DNA of 63,706 nucleotides, filler included, from Pelomyxa schiedti (Eukaryota; Protista; Evosea): assembly GCA_020536535.1 (NCBI GenBank). It is 6 parts of 6 records of this genome, joined end to end, with 100 filler letters (N's around TTAATTAATTAA, not from the genome) between each part and the next. Parts side by side here need not be neighbours in the genome. Positions count along the whole stretch, not along the records: positions 1 to 10,117 come from JAHLWZ010001276.1; positions 10,218 to 20,848 come from JAHLWZ010001259.1; 4 more parts are not named here. One strand, given 5' to 3'. Positions 1-13,067 of the stretch are shown in pieces; positions within the stretch are counted from its first letter, which is position 1, and each line of letters starts with the position of its first letter. The position numbers were made by a program, and so were the translations under genes. Under the pieces are notes generated by a model. That model was not told the DNA's origin, ran no database searches, and saw only the letters and a list, made by a program, of their open reading frames with translations.

Positions 1-1727
1 TCGAAATCCCTATTTGTGGAATGAGTAATAGAAAAATAAGGCAAGTTTTACTACAGATATTGCAAGCACTAAAAGTGGCTGATATACCAACACTGTGGGT
101 CTCTAGTGATGGGTGGAATAAAGGAGCCTGTGACAATCTAATGGACCCACTGGTGCAAGCATTGCAGCAACCATTAGAATTCGTCGAGGATGTTTCTCAC
201 ATGGAGAAGCTCTTCCGGAATTACTTGCTAAATTACTTCATCAGAAAAGGAGAGAAGGGAGAGGTTTTTACAATGCGGTCTTTGCATATTGTGAGAGCAG
301 CAAACAAAGAAGCTTTTCTTGCAGAAAAGTGTACATCTTATGATATCCTTTTCCCTAGTGACCGCCAAGGCTCACATGAGATTGAGCTGATATACAAGAT
401 TTTATACCTCTTTCAGGAAAAAGCCTGTGCCTCTGAGTCTTTCTTAGCGATAGAGTATTTCAGTCACATGAGTAATCTGCACAACCTTTTTGTGCGGACT
501 CATGATCCTGTAAAAGAGCGCATTTGTGAATTCCACAAAGTTTTAGATTATTTTGAGGGGTTGACAATTACCAAAGTTTCCCAGGATAACCTCAAAGTAA
601 CCTAGCAGAAATTCTGCACAACTGCTGTGTGGAAACAATTAAGAATCTCAATTGATGGGTTTGAAAGACTTGCCAAAATTCTGGAGACTAAGTACTCAAT
701 TGTCCTATATGATTTGAAGCCATTGTCAACTCTGGCATTGGAGAATCACTTCAGTGGTATACGAAGAAAAATGAAGCGTTTTTCTGTTCGTGAATATCTT
801 TACACTTCACAATGAATGCAGATTGTCCAAGCACTGGCTCATTGCAAAGACAGCAACTTTCCAACACCAAGACACAACAGTAAGAATTATGCTGATAATA
901 CAAGCATACAACGAACTGTTATGGAGGTTGAGAAGGCATACAATCCTCCAAGCCATGGTCACAGGGCTATTCGGCAGAGTGTTTCCAATCAAGATGTCAA
1001 TGAATGTATGAAGTTGTGTCAGCAGTATTCTCTGGAAAATAGGAAAACTACACGCCAGCTTTATCATTCAGATAACAGCTGCTCTGGGGAACTGTTTTTC
1101 TGTCCTTGTGCCATTGACCCATATCTGTCCCCACACTGTGGAAGGATTGAGCCTTACAAAGCAAAACAATGTTATGATACTCACATGGCAATGCTCCATC
1201 CAAAGTTGAGAATTGATCCAGAGTTGAGAATTGAAGAGTCTCAGGAAATACCAGTAGAACCACCTAAAAAGAAAGCAAGAAGTTCACCAAAGGCACAGTG
1301 CAACGAATGTAAACCACCAAAAGGTGAGAAGAAGCTCTTTGCTCATTTTTTAACATATATAAATAGTATTCATATATATGGGCCGCCTAAAAACACACAT
1401 GGAGTCTGAACATCACAAACTGTTCTCCTACCCACCCCCAGCAGACCACTCATGGAGTTACATTGAGCTTGAGGGTCGATTGGCACTGACGGAACAACAC
1501 ACAACAAGCCTCTCTTACACTAGTGGAGCCACATTTCCCAACACGCAACCCTCTACAACCAGCCAAACGCCACCCAACCGCCGCACGGCTCGCCATCACC
1601 AGTGATTGGTTTTCTGTTTTGTTGGTGTTTGTTGATCAAACATGTGAAAAAGGTATCGAAGCTCCTGATGGAACGTTGGAAAACCAAAATGGGAGTAATA
1701 AAGGAAAAAGATATAGTGAGGGGTCCG
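1..1727 (+). mobile_element. Right part of a P-superfamily (THAP9/P-like) DNA transposon; left end lies outside the window
   Basis: Carries a transposase frame. Ends in AGTGAGGGGTCCG (1715-1727). The preceding ~50 bp align with the right end of the TSD-flanked element at 56025-56532. Confidence 0.75.
3..1409 (+). pseudogene. P-element-like DDE transposase interrupted by two in-frame stops (TAG 603-605, TGA 813-815)
   Basis: ORFs 21-605, 627-815 and 816-1409 share one frame, which is open back to the window start. Motifs: SSDGW (D at 108), DVSHMEKLFRNYL (D-x2-H-x2-K-x2-RN, 189), ALENHFSGIR (E at 741). Cys/His-rich C-terminus; no introns needed. Confidence 0.75.
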
Positions 1728-1791
1728 CGTAAAACTGGTGTTTTGAAGGAGGGTACACGCTCACGTTAAATGTTGAACAGATGGAGTCGAA

Positions 1792-4700
1792 TTAAAAGAG
1801 GCCAAACCCTTCACAGTTGGAGATGGCGAGGAGAAGACGTTCCCGTAGTTTCTCTTTTGAGGAGTACTCGGGAATAAGGAGGTAATTGAAGCATGTGCGC
1901 GCTGTGGGGAGGCTGTTGGTGTCTGGTCCTTCGCGTTGAATTACGAGTTCCATGGACTGTAGGCCACCAATAGGGACACGGTCACTGCCTGTTGTGAACG
2001 CAAGGAATTTCCGGCGGAGGTCAGTGGGAAGCTCTGACAATATTTCCCATAACCATCTGCATGCACTTCAATTCAATTTTCCTAACAAGGTCACATACTG
2101 GATGAGCTTGTGGGATTCACTGTAGCCACCGTCGTATGTTACTTTTTGTCGTAGGAGCAGCAAATCAACGTCATCAGATATTTCACCACACACAAGAGTT
2201 TCCAATTCTTCTGCACGAAATAGGGACAGGGCTGGACCACAGAAGGAGTCATTGGAGCCGCAGACTGCCGCAAAACCTTCCGAGAAAGCTTTGAACTGCT
2301 GCTGAATAGATTTGCGGCACATGAAATCAACATACAGTGCAACATATTCTGCAGAAAATAAGCAAGCTAATAGCACCTGGCTTGCAGACCTTTCCTGTTA
2401 TCCTCTGTGACGAAAATAAGGTCTCCATTCTCTTTCAAGTTAAACTTCGTTTCTTTCCCATACCTCTGTTGGAAAGTAAACTTTGTGCAGTTTTAAAGAA
2501 CCATACAATCAAGGACACTTCAAATGTAAGTCCAAAAGTTTCCTTGAAGTTATCCCCATCATATTTAAGCATTGCTCTGAGACTGCGGACAACAGTCTGC
2601 AAGAACGTGAGTACACCCTTAGCCATAGATACATGTTACTGGGTAAATCTCTTCCATTAGATCTAACGTGGGAGGTTCCCCTTTAAGCATTTTGTATATA
2701 AGCTAGATTGAAATGTTAGACGTGTCTAAGCCACTCTAAATACCAATGGAAAACGGACGTTTATAACAATTCTATTAAACGCAGCCAAACCCATGATCTA
2801 TGATCAGTTGTTAGCTCAATTCCGTAGAGATAAATAATACTTACTACACCAATTAGGCGATATTCATCAAAGGATTCGAGAGAAGCGTGATGGAACCACA
2901 AGTGAGTCCGCGGTTCTGATGGAACAAACATGCCAAAATTCACATCGAAAAGTGTCCGACACACAAGTTGAAAAAATTCCTTGGCTACTCCTCCTTCATC
3001 AAGACCTTGTTCACCAACAAAGGCCACCTTCATAGGCTTTCGCAAAGTGTGTTTGTTCTCTGGCTTGTGTCTTATTATTTGAGGAAAGGATCAAAGTGGA
3101 GAACCTTCAAGAGCTCCTTTAACTGCACAAGAGTATCTTGTAGTAAATTGCTTCGATTGACAGCAAGGGTGAAGAAAGGTTGTCCTACTTGCTAGGAGGT
3201 ATGAGAGAGGAAAATTGAAAAGGGTGGCAGCTTAGACCTTCATGGCAGATTCGAAGTAAAAGAATGTACTTTTAACAGTCGCATCTAAAATAAATGGATA
3301 GTTCAAAAAGCTGAAAACGCTTTTAGAGGTACTGGTAGGGTTTGGTTAATGAGGAAGTCAAGGATAATGGGCATACAGCCAAGAGTGATAGGCCTGAGGA
3401 ATATCAATAGTGCTCACGTGGAGGGAGTAAAATTGTTTGTAAGAAATTATGTGGCTTGTTTCATTTGCAATATCTGTAAAACATAATTCAGAAGAAAACT
3501 ACAAGGTGAATTCCATGTTTTACATAGTTCCTCGAGAACTCGTAAAGTATTCCAGTGTTGATCAGCAGTTGTTTGGATTTGTAGAAGATTAACAAGTAAT
3601 TTTACGAGACGGGAAAAATTCTCAGGTGGATATCTATATTGGTGTGACCTAATCACAAAACTTGGAAGGGCACACTGGCTCCACCAATTTCTGAGAACAA
3701 TTCTCATATCAGTATGCAGCCCACTAATACCGCGACAAAGTCTGTCCAAGAGGGGACGAATTTCTTCCGGATTAGTGTCCAACTCGTGCATAAGGGGATT
3801 TTCAAATAGTATTAAATACACTCGCAGTGCATCCGGAGTTGTAGTGTGTGGAGGGTGAGTAATGGCTGTTGACGTGGTGAGTACTTTCATCGCTGACAAC
3901 AAACATTTTTTCACGAGTGGCTTTGCAAATGTAAGAGTAATAGAAAATCAGAAAATATTAACCTCCTCGCTGAGAAGAGAATATGCCTTCTGAAGTGATA
4001 TTATATCTATGCCCGAGTGCATGAGACCCGTTTCATAATGGTCACCCTAAATGAGTGATGAACTAACAAAACCGCAGATTTGTTTAATGCAACTTACAGT
4101 CAGAAAGCTTGCATTAAGGGAGGAAGCAGAAGAAAAAATGTCGGTAACAGCTTGACACAAATCCGCTATTGGTTTTCCGGATTCCGATAGCTTATTAGTA
4201 GGTTAATTTCCACTACTATTACTGTAGAAGTACCCGACTGATTGCTGCTAGGTCAATGAATGGCTGTGAGATAGGTCTGAGATGCACTGGATAAATTTTA
4301 GTTGTACGGTGCAATGAACAAAACAAACTCTCGTTCAGGGTTTCAGCATTCCCCACAATAAATGTATGTTCTGTGCCACAGGAAATGTTGCTCGCAGTCT
4401 TCATAATGCCTCGTAGTGATTGGATCTGACAGGGATTTTCCTTTATAACGAAATCACCAGTACCCAACTGAGCACAAGAGTTGGCCCCCCAGCTCATGAA
4501 CTCCATGCAAGTACTATTTTCACGGACTCGGGCACACACAGTATGTGAACGACCAGAGCCCAAAGCTACAACAATATCACCTCTTAATTGTTCCACAACA
4601 CGAGGTATGACTTCGTTTTCTCGGTGACCATGGCCCAGCTTGCAGATAGAAGTTAGAGGAAAGAAACAACATTCTGGAGGCTACTTGTCCTTGTGAGCCT

Positions 4701-5791
4701 TTAAAAAGTGAGAAAACGTTATGTACTGATGTTATTATGAGGGTGAAAAAAACACCCACCAGCTCCAAAAGAGTACAGACTGCCAGTCACTGCAAAAAGA
4801 TTGAAATAAGAAAAGAATTAAAAAAAAGTAGGAGGAAAAAAAAATAATACCAGATAATGCTAATGTGTGAAATGCTCCACAGGCCACTGAACAAATCCTT
4901 TTTCCTCGCAAATAAGGATTTACCACCACTCCTTTTTTTGGAACATCATCACCTAATCCAAGCTGTCCAAACTAAATAAAATAATATTAGAATGAAAAGA
5001 AAAAGTTGGATGCGGGACACCTGATTTGAACCCCAGCAGAAGACACTACCTGAGACTGAAGACAATTCTTAGTCAATTGACCAAAAATGAGATACAAAAA
5101 CACACCTGAAACACATATGGAATGAGAATCACCAGTGGCACATTTGTGAATAGGGACTCCTACCAGTGCATCTATTGCCAGGGGGAAACATGATGAGGTT
5201 TGATCTTTCCCCAACTAAAATATTCCTTAGGGGATCTTTCTTAATGAATAAGAGAGTGATTACTTGACCAGACAATCCACTGCCCCAAGAAAAGAGTTCA
5301 CCTTTTCCTAGAAATATAAGACTCATATAAGATGATTGTCTGGTTGGAACTATATACTCGATAAAGCAAGGCAATGCTCCCTGCCACAGCAAACGTCGAT
5401 AATGAAGCTTCCTTTGAGTGAACGTGCCATTTTTGGTTTTGAGCTTGACACAAAATCTCCAGTGCCCAGTTGTCCGTGGTTGTTCTTACCCTATCACCGG
5501 GCAGACTTAGGGGTTCTGCTTAGTCTGGAGACTGAAGGGGCATACCCAAGCATAAACATCGCCAAGAGAGGTCACACAGGCGGTGTGTGCTTCTCCACAT
5601 GCAACAGATGCAATCACCAGGGATTCAAGGCTTGTAACAACCACGAAACTCATTTGCCTCCCAGTGCGTCCAAGTTGACCCTGTCTTTCAATTGGGACTT
5701 TATGAGTATAACCACAACAGAGTAAAAGAGTGAAGCAAAACGGTGGGATAGTTGCAAACTCGTTATTGCCACATGTGAAAAGTGCACCCAT
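1792..5791 (-). CDS. HERC-type E3 ubiquitin ligase (RCC1 repeats + HECT), multi-exon
   Basis: RCC1 repeats (VACGEAHT, GQLG, VACGAFHT). HECT motifs FVGEQGLDEGGVAKEFF, FTTGSDRVP, LPTARTCFNYL and C-terminal GFGLF. Confidence 0.92.
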
Positions 5792-6275
5792 TGAATCCAC
5801 AATCGCGGAGTGTTGCGCGCCACACGCGATCTACTCCATGTCAAAAACAAGATCTCGTTGTTGAGGCACCAAGCAAGCAATACACAGATCTGTTGGACTC
5901 ACCTTCTTTGGTGATGGTGCGTGCACAAGTGTGGGGTTTCTGATTTTATCGTCTTCTGTGCCACCAAGACCCAGCTGTAATTATGTCAAACCACAGCAGG
6001 GCATTAATGCCTCACAGAGAGGGGAAAAAACAAAACAAAAAATCGCCCGACCTGCCCGTAAAAATTGGATCCTAAAACGAGTAAAAAACATGGACGAGAA
6101 CAAAAAAAAGCACACCGAATCCGCACACAATGTCGGCCATTGTCGGTTATACAGTTAGAAAAGACTTAGACTTTTAGACCAGCTGCCTTTTCTAATAACA
6201 TCAGAGGGCCAATCGTTTCGTAAACCGGTAACTTAATTTAATTAAAAAAAAAAAAAGAGACATTGATTCGACATC

Positions 6276-9200
6276 ATGGCAGATCCGCTGATACAACAAG
6301 TAGTGTCGCAGTTGGCAGCAATGCACACGCAAACTGAGGGCAATTTTCCTGCTCAAAAGGCTGCCATAGCGTGCGTGATGCCCAACAAAAAACAACATCT
6401 ACACCTTGTCTTTGTGATTCACCTGTTTTGGTTCACTTCCTGGTACCTTGACCATAATTTTCAAATAGATGGGTTCAGGGGTTCCAAAACAAACCTGAGG
6501 CGTGGATGGTTTCAGACCAACTTCTCAGGACAAGCTTTCCTACCCGCGAGTATAGATTACACCTTAAGATTCCATTTCTTTACATTTGTGTAGCTCGGAG
6601 ATCCACCATTTCGCAGCAACCACATTACACACAAAAATACGGCGTGATTTTAAGGACCTTCCCAGAGAAGCTCACGCATCTCTGAGGGATTCGCTTCTCA
6701 GCCACATGATGAGGTTGAAGAATCACTTGTACCGTGAACTTGTGACGTTCTATAGGTATAAAGCAGATCAACTGTGGGTCTTAGAAAAAGTGTGCATGTG
6801 TATTGCAGCACTGTCCATCCGCATGGAGGGCTGGCCTGACCCAGTAAAGGACATCATTGCAACCTATGGTATCATATCCAATGGCGTCCACCTATCCCTC
6901 AAAGACGCTAGGTCGCCCAGAAACCATTATGCCTCTGATGGCACTGCTTGCAGTTCTCCCAGAAGAGTGTCATAGAGATAAGGAAAACCTAGAAAGAGTC
7001 AAGAGACGAGCATTTGAGGATCAACTCAACGCTAACGCCGAATCTGTTCTCCAAACTACATATGCCGCCTTGACACATTCAGGAAGTAACACAAAAATCC
7101 AAGAAGCAGTATGTGAACTGGGGGGAGATTACACATAAAAGAGATACGATTTTTCGAATTCAGGTTTTCAGATGCTTTGTGAGCTGGCTTCGACATGCAA
7201 AGATATCACCACTACTGCTAGTGAATAATCCTCTTGTTGTGGCCTCTTTCGATGCACTCCAGTGTCCGGACTTAGTTGAAACTGTGGTTGATGCCATTTG
7301 CGAGCTGATTAGGATAAATCCCACTGTTCTGACTCAAAAGGCTAAGCAACGAAACAGAAAGGAAGGGATTGTGAAGTTCAACACTGGCCGGTGTGAGAAG
7401 CACTACAGCAACGACTGTTCGAAACTCAAACACCACTAGATCTTCCCTAGAGACCAGGCAGAGCCAGGAACAACTTGTTCAACTCATATTTACCAAAGTA
7501 CTCCCATTGAAAGCAAAGTATTATAGAGAGTGCACATCCCTTCAATTCTCATTTTCCTTACAGGTACACTGAAGCTGTTGCAAATGACAATTGGACTCTT
7601 TCCCATGGAATATGTAGAATTTTTACAGAGCTTGCTGAAACCAATATTCCAATTTTTGAACAGGTATTTAGATTCTTTTGTTGTTATATTTTCTAACGAT
7701 TTATAATGTCCCACAGTTTGGAATAGAGGCACAAACAATATGTGCTACTCTTCTTGAATGCACAACACACCCGGATCCAGGGATATTCATTCTCACACTA
7801 AACTTCTGGCAGTCACTTGCCACTTCTCTTTTAACAATCCCAGAGGTGTCTTTCTCCCTGTTAACGCATATTACTGTTATCTGTGCACTTACTTTCTTGA
7901 AGGATAAGAAAACCCCCACTATGACTGCATATTCAGCAATTTTTGCCACCCTAGCCCAAATTGTAATGAAACACATGCTAATTCCATCTGGCTTTGAGCA
8001 GTGGGCAGCAGATGCCCAAGATGAGTTTAAAACCCTCAGGCAGTAAGTATCATGGAGAAACTCGATTTGAAGTCTTATCCGAGTGCAGTGAGGAGTTGAC
8101 CCCAACTTTGAGGTCGGCTTCGGCAATTGCTGGTCATGAGGAACTACTTGTCAAAATTCACTCTGATCTAGTTGTTTACTTGGGACAGTACCCACAGACC
8201 CAAGAATGGAAACCTATTGAAGCACTACTGTATGCAGTAAGGTCCATTGACCGTAACGTGGAGGACTCCGCAATTTTCCCCCAGGAAATTTCGTTTTTTA
8301 GTGCTGCTTTTCATGACACTTGGCTTGTAGGTATTGGCGCTTGTTAGAACTGTACCTGATGTACCCCTTGTGCAATATACAAGTTTACTTGTTGTTAGCC
8401 GTTTCTGTGAATGGCTGCAGTCACATCCCACTCTCTTATCCCCTTTGCTTGATTATGTTATATCAAAGTGTGTATGACTAGCTTCAGGGAATACCAAACT
8501 CTTATTTCCTTTTAGGATATCCGTACCCGATCTTGCGCCAGCAGCAGCGTTTTCCTTCAGGAACTTGTGTGACACATGTGCTACCCATCTCTGTACTTGC
8601 ATGGACTCCATCTTCCTCGTTATTGAGGCGTCAGCCAAGTTCAACCTCGAAATCAACGAACAGAAGGTTGTACCGCACTTTTCTGTATTTACTGATGCCG
8701 TTCTGCAGGATATTCTAGTCGGAGTTAGTTACGTAATCTCCGCCCTACAATCACCTCAACTGGTTGAAGCATTGCAACGGCTATGCCTACCAGTAGCCCA
8801 AGCCCTTCAGAATTTTGCCGTTGCACCGGTTGCCTCAAGTGCAGACACAAATGGCCTGTCAGATACCTTGTACAAGCTGGGAACAATTTTTCGGCATGTA
8901 AAACCACCTCAAGACTCTTCTCCGTGTTACATCGTTTTTGAAAAGGTACCTACCTATTTGCGAAAGTCAATATTAACTTTCGTTCAAAACCAAGATGTGG
9001 CCATTAATTGACCAGCTGTTTACTAAATACAACACCACTGATACTGTTGCACGAGCTCTGTGTAGTTGCTGCAAAGACGTCATCAGTACATGTGCCCACA
9101 ATATCCTGCCACTTCTTCCCACAATTTTTGATCGCCTTGTAACCGTTTTGGACTTGACTCGTAACACAGTACCAATGGCTGTTTTGCACAGCTGTATCAA

Positions 9201-9918
9201 AAAACTCCCTCCAGATTGCCTTCCTTCTGCATCTTCAACACTCACACAACTATACACAACTACACTTACGCGAGTCACGCAACGTGTCATGAGTCTCCTC
9301 CCCAACTCTGACGAATTCACACTCCACCCCGACATCGTGTGCAATTACTTCCTGTTAACACATCAATTCATCACCGACTGCCCCCATACACTCTGCTCCT
9401 GCGCCCCCTTACTGACCTCACTTTTATCTTGGTCAATGATGGGGCTACAACTTCAAGAACATGAGGGTGCAAAATCCCTCCTTCGATTCTATGAAGGATT
9501 ATTCGTGGCAGCACGAAAGATGCCATCATTCTTCTCAACACTGCAATCAATACTGGAGACAACACTTCCAAACAATGCACTCCCCATTGGACCTACACTT
9601 GTACAGGGATTGCTGCTCGCTGCAGCAGGCTGGCAGCCAATGAGCCAAATACCAATGCTGTGTGACATATTCATAGCCATGCGGGCTGCCAGTGTGCAGA
9701 TGTTTGTCTCAATGCTGCAGCGCGCATTGGTCAACTTCCCACTGGCCACCGTATCACAACAAACCAAGCAAGACTTGGCCACCTCCCTTAGTGTACAACC
9801 ACTCAAAGAAACCAACATGCGGCATGTACTAGAGGACTGGTACCAAGTCTGCACACACCCACAACCAGCACAACAAGTATCCCTCGTCGTCCCCCCCACT
9901 ACCTCCATGAGTTCCTAG
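6276..9918 (+). CDS. TNPO3: Transportin-3/Mtr10-like importin-beta (transportin-SR), multi-exon
   Basis: N-terminal importin-beta motifs (EAWMVSDQLL, FAATTLHTKIRRDF, SLRDSLL), LAVLPEE, long HEAT-repeat body. Importin-13 is not fully excluded. Confidence 0.8.
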
Positions 9919-9998
9919 CTCCCACCAACCCCAACCAATCCCCGCGGCACCACCCACACAAATTCGACGAAAATAAAGTAAAGAAGGAAAAGAAAATA

Positions 9999-10117
9999 CC
10001 GTATGTTGGGAAACCTTCGTTCCAGAAAACTTTCGTTGCCCAAAACTTTCGTTGTCAAAAACTTTTGTTGCCGAAAATGATTCGCGGCCAAAATGATCGT
10101 CCCCTCCGGAGGCCGAT
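9999..10117. mobile_element. End of a CCGTA-terminated (Tc2/pogo-like) element, truncated by the contig end
   Basis: TA + CCGTATGTTGGGAAACCTTC matches the TIR of the 40511-40652 element. 16-bp-period repeats AAAACTTTYGTTGYC at 10026, 10042 and 10058. Confidence 0.8.
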
Positions 10118-10217
10118 NNNNNNNNNNNNNNNNNNNNNNNNNNNNNNNNNNNNNNNNNNNNTTAATTAATTAANNNNNNNNNNNNNNNNNNNNNNNNNNN
10201 NNNNNNNNNNNNNNNNN
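10118..10217. other. Artificial contig linker N44-TTAATTAATTAA-N44 (also at 20849-20948, 31352-31451, 32944-33043, 61510-61609)
   Basis: Identical 12-mer with stops in all six frames, centred in 100-nt N runs; genes are truncated at the joins. Confidence 0.97.
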
Positions 10218-10520
10218 CGGGCGACGTTGACGCTCTCCAGGTACAGATCCGGGCCCAGCCACCGGGCCCTCCCGGGCGCGTCGCGCACCGCCTCGACGCC
10301 GCGCGTGACCCCCAGCGTCGTGCCCGACACCGCGAGGCCGAAGGCGCCGGGGGGCCGGAAGCCCTCGGGCTCGACCACCAGCACGAACGCGACGGCGCGG
10401 CCGGCGACCCACTCGGACCACAGGTGGCGGGCCAGCGGCGGCGCGAGGCTGCGCGCCGGGCTGAGCGCCCCGCACCGCGGGTGCGACGACGCCATCAACG
10501 CCGCGAACTGGCGCAACCAT
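10218..10520 (-). CDS. 5' fragment of a lineage-expanded hypothetical protein (QFAALMASSHPRCG family)
   Basis: Same N-terminal motif as the genes at 33044-33962 and 34128-35887; truncated by the linker. Confidence 0.55.
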
Positions 10521-11406
10521 TCTGGAATATGGTGAAAGCTGGCTTTGTCAGTGATATCACTGTTGCTTGTTAGTGGTTTGTGGTTGGGATGGTCAACAAA
10601 CGCACTATACTACAATATGGCCATTGCAACGCCAGTAATCTTGCAATGCAAAGCTAACATCAGGTAAATGTATTTGATTGTAAGAAAATGACATGATTTT
10701 GGTATGACTTGGGATCTGGTTATGGTGTTACCAAAATATGTAGCATGGAAAATAACCTTGCTTCTCCAGCCGGAGTATCCCACTTTGGTGGTGCGTCAGT
10801 AAATTCTCTCAAATGGAGGAAAAATGCCTACAATTTGTACTTTCAGTATCTTTGAATCCACTTGCACCGTCCTAATTTTCTTTCATTTTGTATGAGCATA
10901 AGGTGTATTAAAACAAAAGAAAATAGTGATGTAATTGCCAGTGTCACGCACGAAATCCACCCCAAGAGTCGTAATGAAACCTGGCCTGAAATCATCATCC
11001 TGTTGTCACATTACCAAGGGTTTCCTTTTCCGAAAAAGAGGAAAAAAACCACAAATCGCAGCCAGAAGGCAAGCTATTCGAAAAGAGAACGAACATTTAA
11101 CAGTTAGATAAAGGCATTGTAACAGATCAATATCGAAACCTACATTTCCCTGCTCCCTCGTCGCCAACAAGAACCAATTTCACCAAGTAGTCACTGTGTG
11201 ACAATATAAGCACGATTTTAGTTATTATGGGACATCCCACAACACCGATAAACACTCACAAGTCTCTCCGTGCCATTTTTTTTCACTTCGTTTCATTCTA
11301 TGAAATCAAACCATCATGGACTACGTAACGGTGGTGTCGCGCAAACAAAAAAAACAAAAACCGAAACACCACTTTTATTCTGTTCCTATTATTATTTCTG
11401 ACACAT

Positions 11407-12957
11407 ATGTATTTGAAAAAACTAATGCAGAGTCAATCAGGTGTATTGCATATCGTGAGCGTAGCCAGGATTGTGTGGGATAATGTAGTTGCTGGCGGGT
11501 GGTTGTGCCATCCGACACCGTCGGCATATTGCCCTGAGGTAATGCAGGTTCCCAGTACATATTTTTGGCTTGATTTAGGAACGGGCAATAGAGGTGGCTA
11601 AGTGGGTGATAGATAGGTTTAGAGTTAGAGAACCCTGGGAATTCATAATGCCATTTGAAGCAGCTATCATTGCAGGTCAACTGGAAGTTGCGTGGTGGCT
11701 ATCTACCTTACCATCTGCGGATTTGGTTCATAAGTTGCAGTCTGTCAGCCACTGGGTATGCCCACTCCTTGATGCTGCCTACAGTGGCTCACCCTGTGCT
11801 GCAAAGTGGTGCACTGAAATGTTTCCCTTTCAGAGAGGAGGTACACACAGCAAATCCTTCATATTTGAGAAAGCAATGAGATGCGATTCTGTTGAACACT
11901 GTCAGTGCTTTAGGGAAGGCCTTGAACTTGAGTTTCCACTTGAAACTAGTTGGTGTAACTACATCGAGAACTTAGATATATTCAAGTGGGTAAATTCAAC
12001 ATTTCCTGTACTTAGACCTACTGCTAAAAATCTAGAAGAATCTTGCCGCGAGATTGGGGACCTTGCCCTAGTCAAGTGGCTTGTAGAGGAACAACATGTT
12101 GCATAAGTTATGCTTTTTACGAGGCTTGTGCAAACAGGAAGGGTGACCCATCAGTAGCCAAGTGGCTATCAACAAAACTAAGCCTTACCCAAAAAGACAT
12201 CCAGCAGTCATTGTTGTTTTCACTGGCAAACAACAACACCAATAAGCATCTTGGTTGGAGGAAACTTTCCATGTTATGGAAGAGATTAACACCAAGCCGA
12301 ATTATCTAAGCTTCGTGCTACGAAAGATGTCTAAATTATCTCCCAGCACCTTACCTTCATCCTTCTCCTCCGGACAGTGCAAACAAGAGGACTTAATCAG
12401 GTAAAAAAGGTAATCTTCTTGGGCAACTTCTCCGATACCACTGTTGGGCACTGCTTAGTCAGAGACGCCGGAGTAAAATCCAGCAAAACAGTGAAGTGGC
12501 TAGTCACGCACTTCAACTTGGGTCATCTCCTCGTATCACTCAATGATAACATGCTGTTATACAACTTGATCACAAGCAACAAGATCAGCTGTGCCGAGTG
12601 GCTCATCACCCGGTTAATATAAGCCCACATGAGGTTTGTTTCCCCTGTTGACAAGAACTTACACTCACACAGGTTATTGGAATGATGCCCCGATGAACCC
12701 GGTTTCTAACTCCCGTGCCGATTTGAATATGTGGAAGCTGATACTGAGGCTGTACCCGGCAATCAACACACCGTCCATTGTACTGGAGCACTTTATGGTG
12801 ATGGTTACCCGGTCCGCTATGTGCGGAACTTACAGTGCGTAAGTTCGGCCTGACTCTGGATCAATTTACTCGTACTGCTCTAACGCTATCAAGTACTACC
12901 ATTTTCCTATCAAAACCCGCCTTTGGCTACAAGTAGCCCAGGAGCAGGTAAATCATG
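11407..12957 (+). pseudogene. Degenerate ankyrin-like repeat gene
   Basis: Fragments such as AKWVIDRFRVREPWEF, GQLEVAWWL and VKWLVTHF are paralogous to 13902-15455, but lie in different frames with stops. Confidence 0.65.
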
Positions 12958-12985
12958 AGCCCAAAAAGAAAGTAAAACAAAGAAA

Positions 12986-13067
12986 TGCAGGCAGTGGGGT
13001 TCGAACCCACGCATCTCACGATAGCTGAGCTTAAATCAGCCGCCTTAGACCTCTCGGCCATACCTGC
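12986..13067 (-). tRNA. tRNA-Leu(TAA)
   Basis: Reverse complement GCAGGTATGGCCGAGAGGTCTAAGGCG-GCTGA TT TAA GC TCAGC-long variable arm-GTGGGTTCGAACCCCAC-TGCCTGCA; complete cloverleaf. Confidence 0.96.

Noticed and set aside
603-815. Stop-codon reassignment or programmed readthrough in the transposase
   Set aside because: Host genes here end normally in TAA, TAG and TGA. Two different stops, each one substitution from a sense codon, fit decay better.
10026-10100. Regular 16-bp repeats as a CRISPR-like array
   Set aside because: No unique spacers and no cas genes; they are subterminal repeats of a TIR element in a eukaryote.
10162-10173. Recurrent TTAATTAATTAA palindrome as a biological site
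   Set aside because: At these five loci it is centred in 100-nt N blocks: an artificial six-frame-stop linker.
12986-13067. TTTAA loop read as an ochre-suppressor tRNA (anticodon TTA)
   Set aside because: The 7-nt loop TTTAAGC places TAA at positions 34-36, and the long variable arm fits Leu.
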